Assembly (NCBI GenBank): GCA_002633005.1
Contig: NMRA01000104.1
Span: forward strand, 392,070 to 456,069
Length of the DNA stretch: 64,000 bases
Source: Phoronis australis
Lineage: Eukaryota; Animalia; Phoronida
Direction: 5' to 3'
Below are positions 24,436-37,870 of the stretch, in pieces. The translations under genes and the position numbers were made by a program. Numbering within the stretch: position 1 is the stretch's first letter; each line of letters starts with the position of its first letter. Under the pieces are notes generated by a model that was not told the origin of the DNA, did no database searches, and saw only the letters and a list, made by a program, of their open reading frames with translations.

Positions 24436-25037
24436 CTGCAGAAAAAGAATGCTTATCATTCTACTTTTCAAAATCATTTTTTAAAAGATAACGCTTGTAA
24501 ATCGACACGCTAACAAGATATATCAAATTCAAGGGCACTTTTACATTTTAATTTTCAACCCATCATTGTACGGAAGATCTGAGACATGGTACATGTATAT
24601 TAGTGCCAGGGCAGATGATTGGATCCAACTAAACACGTTCCGTGGACGGGGGAGCTTTGCAAAATCACGTACGACTAAGCAAGGTGTTGTCATGCATTGC
24701 AACCGAAGTGCTCTCTTGAGCAGACTAGCCTTTTTCGTTAGTTTGTTTGCAGAATGCAACCCAGTATCTGGGGTTCTTACATGTACATGTATATATGTGA
24801 TCGTTATGACGTCAAATCAAAACTCGATATAGTCTATTTTCAGACTACTATACGTGAAACTTGGACGTTTTCGCATAATTATGTACAAAAATTTAAACAA
24901 CTGTAATTTTTGAAACACTATTTGGAATACATTCCGATGGACTTACGTACCCACAAATACGTTAACAAGGGCTACAAGACGTTAAGAACTAGAATATCCA
25001 TATTAACTGTCTGTGGAGCTTTTCAAGATTACCTTAC

Positions 25038-26034
25038 CTGGGCAGAGGAGAGTGTCGTGGAATCCACTTTTAGTCGGTTGCTTTCGTTGGTTTCGTAAAT
25101 CAAGTGCAGTTTGTCTGCACTTAGACAATTCCTCTTTGAGATTTGTAGTGACCTCGTTGGAGTTGTTCAATTCACGATGACATGTCTGTTTTAAGCTTTC
25201 AGTCACACTGGCTTCTGCATCGCAACTGTTCAGTTTCGCGGTCACGTTTTGCATCCTAACTTGGAGATGGTTGAAGAGAATCCACTGTTCATTAAGGCGA
25301 TCTTTACAACTTTGTGCCTTTGACATTTCTGCAGCTACGTTTCCTTTACACGAAGTCAAATTTGTGGCCGCATTGTGCAAATCCAATGACGACTTTTCTC
25401 GAGAAGTATTGAACTGAGTCCAAACATCATTTAACTGCAAACTGCAATTGTTGGACAGAGACTCAAAGTGTCCCCTGTTTGAAATGGTGGCATTAAGTTC
25501 AACTTCAAGTGCTTTAATGTTGTCGTTTCTGGCAAGAACTTTTGCCATCAGTCGATTATTCTCCTCCTCCATCCCCTCTATTGTATTCTTAGTCAGCCCC
25601 GCCATCTTCTTCTCCAAAGCATCTAATCTCAGCTCGCACACACTGTTCCCGCTAGATATTCGTCTCAGTGCTTGTGAGACTTGCAGTTGAAAGTTGCTCA
25701 GCAATTTTGCATTCACTGCGACATTTATGTCAACAGCGTTTCCCTTCTTAGTTAATTCTTCAACCGCTTCCTTCATTCCTTGCATGTCAGCTGCTGGAAC
25801 ATTATGATCATTTCCATTACCCGGCGACCCTTGCTCCCTGATCTCTCTTCGAAATTTGCCGCTGAAGTTGTCGTTAGTATTGAGGTATATATTGTAACTG
25901 CATTTTCCACCAGGTAGTATACAAGAGGCTCCGTGCACCGTGGTGTGTTTAGTGCTTTTATCGCCATTGGATTCTCCAAATACTTTTCCATAACTTGTTA
26001 ACAAACAAACACAACTTACTACAAACCAATCCAT
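25038..26034 (-). CDS. Olfactomedin-domain protein paralog B, coding exon 1; spliced CDS 604 aa, intron 602 bp
   Basis: ATG at 26034 (MDWFVVSCVCLLTSYGKVFG). Same 997-nt length as paralog A and the same donor CCAG|GTAAGG. Confidence 0.9.
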
Positions 26035-26253
26035 GATGATAACTAAAACGGTCAAAATGTGAATTGTAAAAGATTACCATTTTTTATCCTAAAGATTGTT
26101 TTGACTGCGGCAAACTTCAAGTTGCCCTAATTTGCCCTTTCTTCATTGTGGGTTACCCAGACCACAGTGGCATTTTGTAACAACTTAATCGTGGGCATGT
26201 CTTGGAAATTCAGGTCCGCGCATTTTTTTACTCGACTAGTCACCAGACGTCAA

Positions 26254-26799
26254 TCTAAGAACAGTCAGCGACCAATCGGAATGCGGAATATAGTCACGAG
26301 ATGCTAACAAATCTCTACCACATTCTCTGCTAGCTTATACAGAAAACAAGAGTCTTGTTTACCCTGCATGCAAATATGAATCATTTCAAAAACTATTACT
26401 AACAGTCTTTCGAACTCAGTTTGCATAGAACATCTGAAAGTTTAATTAGAATCTTGTTAGCCCTTTTTGAGTATTGGTGTTCCGAAGTTGGACATTTTTG
26501 TAGTGTACATAACCTTTAATTGACATTATCTGCGAGAAAAGCAATTTTTTGAAACCAGCCCCAGCGCAGGTTCTAATCTTGAACCTTCACGTTCGCAGGT
26601 CACCGATAATGTCAATTAAAGGTTATGTACACTTTACATTCAGGACCCTATAAAAATCTTAAAATGCTCCGAGATAACATTTTTACCAATAATGCCGCAT
26701 TGTATACATGTCAACCCCTCAGGTCACAGCCTGTATCATTTTCTGTAAACATCCACATTTAAAGAAAAAAATCCATAAGATATCCAAACTGGATTGCAA
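26254..26799 (+). repeat. Second copy of the upstream block shared with 19538-20100
   Basis: Colinear similarity. Contains a 29-bp inverted duplication (26502-26530 / 26605-26633). Confidence 0.85.
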
Positions 26800-26873
26800 C
26801 GTCACATCTTAATAATACAACGAAGTAACATACATGTTCATACAAACTAGTGAAGAGCACGGCTGCATTAAAC

Positions 26874-28008
26874 CACAGGCGCTTGGGTTTATCTGTTTCT
26901 GGATCGCAGATGACGTCACTCAATAACGTATATAAGAAAACATAAAGGTTGGACACTCGAAATCTGTTTGCTCAGAATTTTCTGCATGGAACTCCACGAA
27001 ACTAGCATCGGGCAACTCTTAGAATGGTTTCTTTCATTCGATCTCTTCAAATTGCCTTCGAGTGGTGATTTGGCGACAAAAATGCCAAAAGAATGCCAAA
27101 ATCACAAATTCAAGGAAGTGATTCCGTGATGTCATGGCAGACGGTCTTCGCACATCCGGGTTTTTGACGGACGCTCCTGAGCTAAATTCGAAAGTCTAAT
27201 TTCGCGCGGCTTTCATCGTCAATCCCTCGACTACTTGATCATGAGAAGCAGAGCGCACTTTATTGCCAAATAAATGTAATTACTCACATATTTGTGTCAA
27301 AAATAAATTATCCTGATACTGTATTGATATGCGAAGTTTTTGGTGTACTGTGATTTCTTATGAAGGTTTTACTTTTGGCCAAAACCATTGAGTTAACTCG
27401 TCGGCCACGCGCATTGTAATACTTGCACGGACTGCGTTTCCTGGTCGAGTGTGTGTTGTGCTTCAATCAAAAAAGTGCGTGATGTCAAGATGAGAAACAA
27501 GATACGCCAGTTTATGTAATAAAATTCTAAGTTAAGGGCTAAAATGAGCCGTCAGTGGAATAAAGTTACAAATAATCATTAAAATACTAACTTTAACATT
27601 CTCAATTAGTTGAGTTTTGGATTAGAATTATTGAATTTGAAATATAGGTTGCTTGCTCAAACTCGAAGTTTCACCTACGACAGGCGTACAAGTTGAAGCA
27701 CAACTGAAATCCGCCATGTTTACTATTTCAGGTCCTTGAATTCAGAGTTTTGAGATTGTTTTGGAAATTCCATCGCCAATTCACCACTCACGAAGACAGT
27801 TAATGGGATCTAGGAAAGATAAGGCTTCGAAGGTTTATGCAACACCAGACTGAGGGAGGTGCACGCAGATTTTATTTGGATTTTGGACGGTTGAATTTGG
27901 GAGCCTCGGCTTGGCAAAGTTTAAGTGTCCAACCTTTATGTTTTCTTATAATGTATTATTGAGTGACGTCATTTGCGATCGAGGAACAGATAAACCCAAG
28001 CGCCTGTG
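26874..28008. mobile_element. 1135-bp non-autonomous DNA transposon, ~85-bp TIRs, 8-bp TSD (hAT- or P-like)
   Basis: The TIR CACAGGCGCTTGGGTTTATCTGTT...CATAAAGGTTGGACACT is present at both ends. Perfect TSD CATTAAAC at 26866-26873 and 28009-28016. Confidence 0.92.
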
Positions 28009-31000
28009 CATTAAACAATATACGAACTGATTATACTCGTCATACGTCACGTGTACACGCATGAATGCTCCTGGTTGTAATCAGATGCTGATTTTTTTGT
28101 GTTATACAGTACGTTTGTAAATGTTATGCGCTCTTATATCAACGTGGGAATTGGTTATAGCTCTAAATAAATATTGACATTTTTTAAAAGAATCCTTAAT
28201 AACTTTTTGCACGCCTGTAAACTACGTTTATTGAGTCAAATCCGGCGTAAAGGTTGAAATGTATTCGAAATTTAAATTTTGATTACATTTTTCTGCCTTA
28301 CAACAAATCCATTGGCAAATTACTAACAATGTGTTTGAACGTTTTTCATTTGAAAAGTAAACTATGAATGAGCTGCGGTGAAAAATAAAAAAAAATAAAT
28401 TGGCAAGATGAAGTCTTCACGTTGCCTTTTCTAAAGCCTCTACAGCTCAAGGACCACTGACTAAATGTCTGTTAGACATTGGCGGTTATTGACGAGTTCT
28501 AATAAAATTACAGAAACACAGCATCTAACATGATTTATTGTTTTATACCTCTGCCAACCATTGACTACAAAAAGCCCATCCCGTCCATCTATAATCACAA
28601 GATACTTATATTTTGGTCCTAAAACGGTCACGCCCATTAAAGTTCGCGTGGTGAAACTTGTGCCTGGTCAAATTGATTGCTTTCTGCCATTGTTGTTGAC
28701 GGTGTGAGGCTGCGTTACGTGATCGAGGGGCCAATGAAGCAACATAACACTTCAGCCGGACAGTATATAACATTGGTTGACAAAGGCGCTCTGATTTTTT
28801 AGCTCGATACAATCGTGGGTGATATTTGAAACTGCTGGCAACTTGTGTAAGTAAATATTAACCAGTTACAACATGTTACTGTTACAGTCTCTCTCACAGT
28901 TTCCTGCAGTTAGTTTTTGCACATCTCATTTTCAGCTTTTTCTGCTGTGTTGATCATTACTAGTCACAAAAATACTCAATAGGTAGCACTACTGGGTTGT
29001 GAATAATAAATAGCATTTTGATATCACCTGTTGGATTCATCAGTGGCGATGAAGACCGGTGGAGATACCTGACGGATTTTGTTGTAAGAGTGTACGGACT
29101 TTGCCGGTGCAACAATAAAAGTCTGGCATCAGCGGTCAGTTGCAGGGATCAAATATAATACAACAGCCACCATAACTGCGTCATAGGACAACTCAATAAC
29201 CCGTCGGGTTAATGCACGGACGCAAAGCACAGGCGCATCAAGACGTGCATCGTATGTGGTATGGAAACATTTAGTGTGGCGTCGTTTTTACGTTTTCTGC
29301 CCATTCAAATAATATGAAGATGTTAAAATTGTAAGCTATAATTATACTAATTAGGTCACAGTTATTTAATGGTGTAAATTACTAAAAGCATGACTAATTG
29401 TCTCATATGGACCCGGTCAATCTTGATATTTCTCTACTCCACAGGAGCATACCATGTGTGCAACCGATTAATTCTAGCACATAAGAGCTGAATTGTCCCC
29501 GTGGTTACTGGAATCAGAAATACCAAAGGCTTGAAAAATAGCCGAAAGGCAGATACGTCACTAAACAGTTGATAGTCTTTATCGTAAAACAACGGCTGCT
29601 TTACGACTTTCTGGCAAACTTTGCTACTTAACGTATGGTTTCCAAATCAGTGCTTTTTGAAATCAATTCAGCATCTCTCGGACTTTTCCAGAGAGACGTT
29701 TCATAATGTGTAAATTTGATTCATGTGACCCTATACTGTCTTACCTTGCTTGTCTTTACATCATGTTATCCTTAGCGTATTTTGCAGTTTCCATGTAATA
29801 AAGCAAGAGCCTTTGATACTGGGGATTTTTAATAAGTCTTTTTAATTTTCTGGATATTCATATTGAGCAAGTCAACATTAATTATTACTTCTTACAAATT
29901 ACCCAATATGTCCGCCTTTTGGACTATGCGGATGTATTTAAATGACGTCTTTCATTTTTTAACAGTTTCACACTTATACAGCGCATGCACGTAATCTTCA
30001 TCGATAGATGGAGCTAAGCGCTCCTAGTACATGTACGCCTTTATGAACGCTTGTTACATACTATGATTGCCGTTCAGTGTTTTATCTGTTCTTAGTTTGT
30101 CAGGTAATCTGTCTTTAATTTGAACGCATGTCAATATTTACATATACTGCAGCAGATCACTTACATCATATGTACTTAAGTGTTACTATTTACCTTTGAT
30201 CCAATGTTATACTTAAGCAAATATACTTGTAGTAGCAGTTCAAGGCGCTGGCGCAAGGGTTAAATCCATGCATATGCGATCCGCACGAGCGCTATCATTA
30301 ACATATTCCGTTTCTCATTAATCCATTTCACTAGCTGTAAATCTTTTCAATAAACTGTAATTCAGATTTCATGAACTCGTTCTTTACTCAAAAACTGCAT
30401 CACGTTTACTGTGAAAGGCATTGTTCTCTCCGGAACTAAATTTGTTGAACTTCTTTGATTTCGGTTTCATATTCATATGCCTCAGGGCTAGAGAGAACTT
30501 TATTCATGGATTATGTACTACCAGTGTAATAGCGAGTGTGATGTGAGTGCCATGCCATGTGCGGTATTTTGAAAACAAACCAACATTGTGTACGAATTGA
30601 AGATCTACTGTATATGCAACAATTGCTCTCGTTGTCGGTACATGAGAATAAACGTTGTTCGTAAGAAATGAATCGTGTCTTATTAAACAACGAACTTCAG
30701 CTGGTAAAATAAGAGTCCCGTAAATGATGGGTTGACTTCCCATTAAAAAAGCACAGAAAAAATAAAATGATTTTTGGAATCTCGTTTCAAAAACTGAATT
30801 CTGCATTTCAAGGCACTACTGGGCAATGATTGGGGCTTTCTACACAACAAAATAACGTTTATTGTGCAAAAATGCAAACTACTACCATTCTCTAATTGCT
30901 TTAGTGTCTGAAATGTTTTTCAAATTAATGTTTCGTGTACAACGAGCCAGTTGAAGTTGTGACCTGAAAGACATTTTCGAAAATATTCTATGGCAGCGTA

Positions 31001-31539
31001 TGTAAGTCAAGTCCAAATATACCCCCTCCGTTACAAAAATGTGTGAAAATTTAAAAACAGACATTAGCCGGCAGCAATAATGCCTGTAGAATGCTCTCAA
31101 TATCATCTAAGTAGTTCTTAGGTACATGTAACCTCTTTGTTAAATGTTCACGTACGGCCACGTGTAACAGCGCCATTTCTTTTATAGTGAGTAAACTGGC
31201 AACAAAACTAAAAAGTACCAAAGATTTTCTTGGAACTCTCCCAGTCCCCGGCACATGACACAGTCCCAAGGAGGGACTCGTTTAAGTTCCCTAAATCTAG
31301 TTTTGTGGGCTTATGAAAACACAAGCTACTTGCGTGTCATTTTCATTCCATTGTCCTTTATTGGACTTTGGCGTATATGTGGATAGTAAACATTCTCACA
31401 GAATAGAGTGTTGGAAACTTACTACTGTCACATTCATTATCTCAGTCGAAATTTGATGCTGAGGTTCATACTCAATATGTCCCTGACAACTACGCTGCCA
31501 GCAATAGTACAACACAATACACTTTTTATCATCAAATGC

Positions 31540-31780
31540 ACTTCAAGGTTGGAATACCTTCATCAAATCTCCATTTCTGAGAAGCACGATTCTTCAAACT
31601 GGACTGAGCACAGCGTAGCCCTAGACTGAAAGCTTGCTCAACCGTTTACTGACGTACCCGTGTCCTACGCACGACCCTGTGCCGTTACAAGGCGATCTTA
31701 GGGTCTTTTGGAAACGCAAAAACTGAAATGTTGCCTGTCCAATTGCTATTACTGCATCCTCCGTTCATGCATCTTTTCAG
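31540..31780 (-). pseudogene. Decayed THAP zinc-finger domain (transposase remnant)
   Basis: KRCMNGGCSNSNWTGNISVFAFPKDPKIAL* followed, after frameshifts, by CSVQFEESCF. This matches the THAP pattern C-x4-C...FP.D...CS.HF...F. Confidence 0.7.
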
Positions 31781-33109
31781 AATACTCGGTCGAACTCGGT
31801 TTTCGAGACCACTACGGTTCGCGGCTGGTGTAGAACAACACAATGGCGGAGACCGATCCACTGATAACGTCACACAAAAAAAATTATGTTCGAAGTATGT
31901 CCCGAAAATAAGAGGTGCGTCGCAAGCTCCGTTTCCAGGGAGAAAAAGGAGACCGTGTATAGGCAATATAAGGTCATTTATTGTGACCGATAACGGAACG
32001 GTACAGAAATATGAGTGTATAGATAGCATAAAGATAAAATCATAGTCTCTGGAAAGATGGACACTAAAAAGATCCACAAGAGGTGTTGAAGACAGCTCAT
32101 GTCCATCCGCAGGGACGTACCAAGATACAACTAAGAAAGGAAAAGGAGGTATTGTGTACATTCACTTATTTTTTAATTCTGCGTTTATTTATTGATCAAA
32201 AGTACACAAAATTGAAGACGTAATACTTAAAAATTATATTAGAATTGTTGGTAACCGAATCTAATCATTTATGACCATGGTGTGAGGGGTTGCAGAAAAT
32301 TAGCAATATATTCTGACACGCGCAGGCTAATCTCCGTCCAAGAGTCAAGACAAGTCAACGACATGTTTCTGAATTCGTTGTAGTCGATTGCAAGACAGTA
32401 GAACCAAGGTCCTCTAGTCTAAAAATACGATTTTGGACTCTGGTGTGTTTTTCGCATTTCTTCCACATACAAAAATATATAATACTTTGGTTGTTAGATG
32501 CAGTGGCGCAGGCCTACTGGGAATATCCGAAAATGGGCGAATGAGCGGATAATGCGGAAAACGGTCTCTCAAAATGTCAAACGAAACCGAAAATACGCCG
32601 TGCTAATACGTTTAGTTACCAATAGTCACCCAAAATCTCGTTAAATGATAGTTATTTGAGTGAAATCACTACCCCTACTCATAATGTCTTGCCAAAATAA
32701 AGAAATTCGGCCGTCTGCAATGACAAAACGATCGGCGTACAGTTGTACAACTTTTTGATCATTTGTGTTAGCAGTGCGTGCATTCACTTTGCAATTTTTA
32801 TGTGTTTGTTTTCTTTGTCTTTCTTCAGAAACGATCCAGTATTTTGTAGGCTTACTAGACTATACAGTCTACAGACTTCCATTGAGTTTTATTCCTCTAT
32901 TATTCGTCATGCTAACTAAAAAGGATGTAAAAAGGAAATTGTTTACTTTTTGATAAACTTCGTGGATATTGGCACACAAATACTTTTGCATATGTCCTCG
33001 TGCACATTAAATTAGATTTTCTGATTCAGTCCAACGCAAACAAAATTCGAAATTGAATCAGAAAATGAAAATATTTGTAAGAGCTTTGGGTAATATTAAA
33101 TTCAAATCT

Positions 33110-33780
33110 AGCAAGGATACAACAAAATTTCTTCCAGTGTGCTCCAGTTATTACAAATCCACAAATTACTATCACCAGTCAATTTTTTTAATACGGGTAA
33201 TCCTTTAGTTAGTTTGAAATGATTTAGATGAACACAACTACAAGCCTACCTCTCTTCTCCCAAAATTATTTGAAAAAATACACATGACCAACTTTATGCC
33301 TACTTCATTACAACCATCTTTGATATGAAAATCAATATGTTTTCCATGATACTCGAATTAGCCAACAGAATTGAGGGATATTTGGACAAAAGGATAAACT
33401 GAACAATCATCTTTTAGACCTTTCAAAAGCCTTTGATACAATATACTGAGGTATCTTAGAGAACAAACTTTTATTTTGCGATATAACTGGAAAGGAACAT
33501 TTAGTCTTCGGATCTTATTGATACAATCGGCAGCAATGTGTCTTATTTGACAATTCCTCCTCACCAAACAAATCATCATCAAAATGTACCTCAAGGATGT
33601 ATTCATGTGTCCCTCTACGTACGACTTCTACAAATTCACTTGTCTGGAGACATTTCTATATTGTAATGACACCGGTCTTATACATATTCGTCTACAACAT
33701 TAGCAGGCAACAATAAGCTATCAAACGTATTTACATGGTTATCAATCTACAAAATGTCATTAAATGCATGGTATTCTACT
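33110..33780 (+). mobile_element. Degenerate non-LTR (CR1/L2-like) reverse transcriptase fragment
   Basis: Broken frames read NYKPTSLLP (~33236), DLSKAFDT (~33417) and VPQG (~33586), the ordered RT motifs. Many stops. Confidence 0.75.
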
Positions 33781-34424
33781 TTTGCAGAACAAGGATGTTT
33801 TTGACATTTGGCGGCACGTCATTTTTATCTGGTGAGAACAAAACAGACTTGCGTTCTATTCAGTAAACTCATGAAATACCTGCCCTTGTTCGCAATCACA
33901 ACAATTTACTATTCCGTGATCCATGCTGAATTAATTTTAGCATCACAGTGCAGGGCTTCAAAATGTCAGTAGACAACTTCTTCAGAAACGAGCTATAAGA
34001 ATAATAACCAATTCACACTACTGAGACCTTACAAAATCAAGAATATGCAAACTCTAAAAATAACTCTGCTTGCAAATATTCTTAATATATCCTGCGATGG
34101 CCCCTTGATTTCACCCAAAACAAAGTGCTTAAAATGTTTAAGGTTACACTGTTGGTCCGTTTCACTGCACGCATACGTCCGCCAAAGATTATCTCCGTTT
34201 TTTTCAGCATAATTGTCAAATTTGTATTGACTGAGTATTTAACTTACACAACCTGAGTCCGTCTGATAATTTTGTTTCCACCAAAACAAAATCAAAAGAA
34301 ACAGTGATCTACAAGAAAGCTTCATTTCCTTGCAAGGTGAGTACGCCAAAAGCGTAGCAGGCTGTGTTTGACCCACCCATAGTCTTGTTTAATTACCTTT
34401 CTACTGACGTCATAATAAACGACG

Positions 34425-34500
34425 TTATTCGACAACCCTAATCTTGTTTTGCTAGTGCAACATAGCTCGTGGGGTACAACGGGCAAAACAGATTGCAATG
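34425..34500 (+). repeat. Short dispersed repeat, second copy at ~40405-40475
   Basis: TCTTGTTTT.CT.TGCAACATAGCTCGTGG.GTAC..CGGGCAAAA.AGATT at both sites. Confidence 0.7.
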
Positions 34501-37500
34501 GTTTAACTTTGATATTGTGAAACATGTTTCATGTTAACCATCTAAAATATTTTCGATGTCTTGTGGTTGTCTACCTCACATTCAGTACCGATAGCAAGGT
34601 GGTTAGAACTTGTACAAAAATGATGGTGCGTTACTTTCGTGGACAATCCGGCGAAAGGCACCATATGCACCACTTGTCTTGCCAGACCATTGAATCCACA
34701 ATTCTAGTAATGGTGTTGTGAACAATGTCGGTGGCGATGTCGTAGTAATCTTCACCGTTTTGATGTCAGGGTCGTTGTCTTCCGTGGTGACGGGACTTCT
34801 GTCGATTTTACCAGCAATTGTCGTTATCCGTGGTAGCGCTTTTATTTGCTGAGTTATGAGATTTCCTGAATTAATAATGGTATTGTCACATGTTTCAAAT
34901 CTCAACTTTTCCGCGCTTATTCTAGCTGGCAGAGACACGCCTGAAGACTAATAAGGAAAACGGGGTAACAGAATTTCCGCCGCGCAAGCTTGGAGTATTT
35001 GTGAACAGTTTGCGAATCTAGGGGAATGATGAGTACCGCGAAATGAGAGCTCAAGAACACCAGAGTTCTTTAAGAATCCAAGTGCCAGGCAGTACTTGTG
35101 TAATCGCTCTTGTCTCGTTTTCAGTGGCTGGCCTGACCCGCTTCTTCGAGGTTTGTCCCTAGTCCGGCCACACCGTCAACATGTCGCAAGGGAAAATTAA
35201 TTTCGTATCAAATGCTATTGTTATTCTTCACTCGTTATAGTCCTATCTTGCCTCCCTTCTTTCGGAAAAAATAAAAAAACTGAGTGTTTCGACACCCACA
35301 TTTTCCTCTTCGACCAAAACATGCAGAAAAAACCGCTGTTAGGCTCTTATACAATTTTACCCAATGCGTTTTGGTGTGGAGCCAAATGCCCCACTTTATA
35401 CAAAGATGTCCCGCTTTATCAATCCAGGAATCGATTTTTTACTCCTAAGCATTTGGAAGTGCATAAGTAACGGCTTATTTTTAGAGAGAGTAAGATATGC
35501 ACAGACTTTCATGTGCTTTGTGATTTTTTCAGTGGTTGGATGATTTACATGGAGTTTTGATCAGGGACAAAAGAGTCTGCGAAGCATGTGATATTTCACA
35601 GTAGGTGAAACTTACAATTAGGGATTACAAGGTGTCACGAAATAACATTCAGCAACGCCAGATATTAAATTGGCACGCAACGTTGCATAGTAGGTCTTGC
35701 ATTGAAGGTCTGGGAATATAACAATGTGACTGATTTATTTCCGTTTTTTTTTAAATAGAGGGTTGCCTTCTTGGCTAAAGAGTACATTTGACCTTTGAAT
35801 GTGATTTTCACGTCATGACACGTCACTAGTTAATCTAGAACTTTTGTCTTTCCAATGTATGGCGGAGGAATTTCAAGAATTGGGTCAATGAACCATCATT
35901 TAGAGTTTTCCAAAGGCACCATAGTTTACAATCGGACATGCAAAGGCCGCTAGAAGTGCACCTTCCCAAGCAGATGCGCGGTTTAATAAGTCGAATCAAT
36001 CATACAGCAAGTGTGTCACGGTGACTGTATGCAATGCTCTTGGACTCTTGGCTCCTGGCGACGGCTGGTATACAAGAATAGCGGGGTCCTGTGATGGCGG
36101 CATAAATCTCCGTAGACTCCACTGAGGACTAAACTTTCTTCGTTGCCGTTGAAATTTCTTTTTTTCTTTTTGTTAATTAATGATTGAGTTAACTCTACAA
36201 CCAACTTTTTAACCAATTTCGCCAGTCTCTTTAGGGTGTACGATGTCTGTTCAAAATTTAAAGAGTTTTTGAGTCACTTTCTTGATAAATGTGTAGCGAT
36301 TTCATTATGTTTCACGTACTTCCAGAGGCATTTCTGTTCGAATTCCTCTCAGCGTCCGTACGTATTCATTCTATCGTTTTGAGCTCAAAATCAGACCCTG
36401 AACTAGACCAGAGTGTCACTAGGTCTTCTTTAGCTTCAGTCCCTCATGTTTCTTAACACACGACTCATTGCCTATGAAAGGCATCCTCACCAACAAGGCT
36501 AACTTGTGTAGCAGTCAGACATAGTTCCTCTGAATACACAGACAGTCCACTGGCACATTGTCTTATGGTAACTTAGTACTGCGATTCACATTTCTCCAAG
36601 GCCACTAACTTGTACATTGTGCCATGCAGCACTGCTGGTGAGTGGAATTGCTGTGGGAAGACAACGGAGTAACAAAGCTTGTCTATGATACAGCTTGAAG
36701 TGGCCTTAAAATGTCACTGAACCTGGAACAAATATTGAAATATGAATAATTAAGTACTCCAGATTGGATCAAAAATTCTATCCCTGTTTTTCAAAAATAT
36801 ACGGTGACTGCCCTACAGTTTCACATAAAATTAAATAATTACTATTTTCCGAAACCAAGGGTGTATATAAGTATTGCATAAAACTGTGTCTTTATTTATC
36901 ATTCGTAGCCATAAAAATTCTTTAAACACATCACTTGTCTGCAAAATATACAAGTTTTTTGAGACAACTTCAAACCTTTGTTACCCATTTTCAAGCCTTT
37001 TTAATTTTGAAACTTTCAGCAATTTTAAACTCCGATTACAAATTCATGGCTCTGTCAAGCATACTTCTAGTCTAAGGTTTGGGGAACCGTTTCTAAGACT
37101 TTTAATTTTTCTTTTAATAGAAAATGTGAAGACTTGAGTCATTTAAAAATGATGGATAATCTCTCTGTTGTTTAAGAGTAATTACAAGCCGCAAGGCCCC
37201 ATCAAAAATGCAATTTTCACAAAAATGGCAGTCATTTGAATTTATAACGACTTGCAACATTTCAAGGAATGAGTTAAGACTATTCAGTCACTGTGAATTC
37301 AGAAAATGTAATATATTTTTATGGGTTTAAAATTGATAGCAAATCAGTTTCATGAAATAAACTTGAAGGGACTTCATGAAGGTTAAGAATTACCTCACCA
37401 TGCTCTTTCCCCCAAACATGTATTACCTGTTATTTCCACACATTCAGTTGTACCAAATATTACAACCCCAACCCCCCAAGCCAATCCCCCGCTAAGGACC

Positions 37501-37870
37501 TGAATAAGTAAATTAACAAAATGCCTTACATACATTTCTTTAAAAATAGCTGTTCCTTTGCAAAGGCTTTGTTCGTTGTCTCCAATACTGAAAGTAGTCT
37601 TTGACAACAGATCTGCACTGGATGGGAAGATGTTGTTGGTTAGCTGCAGTCAAATGCTTAAAACCAATTTTTGTCCATTCAGGGACGGTGCAGAAGCGAT
37701 GCATATCTCCTCTGCACGGTACAAGCCCTCAAATCTAAAACCAAAGGTTACGTGAAAACAGGCGTGATAGATTTCCAGAAGACATATGATAGGGAGTAAA
37801 CAAATAGTCTGATGCAATGGATATTTGTCATGTACCTCGCTTTGCCATTGGGCTTGGATTGTAATCTTAA

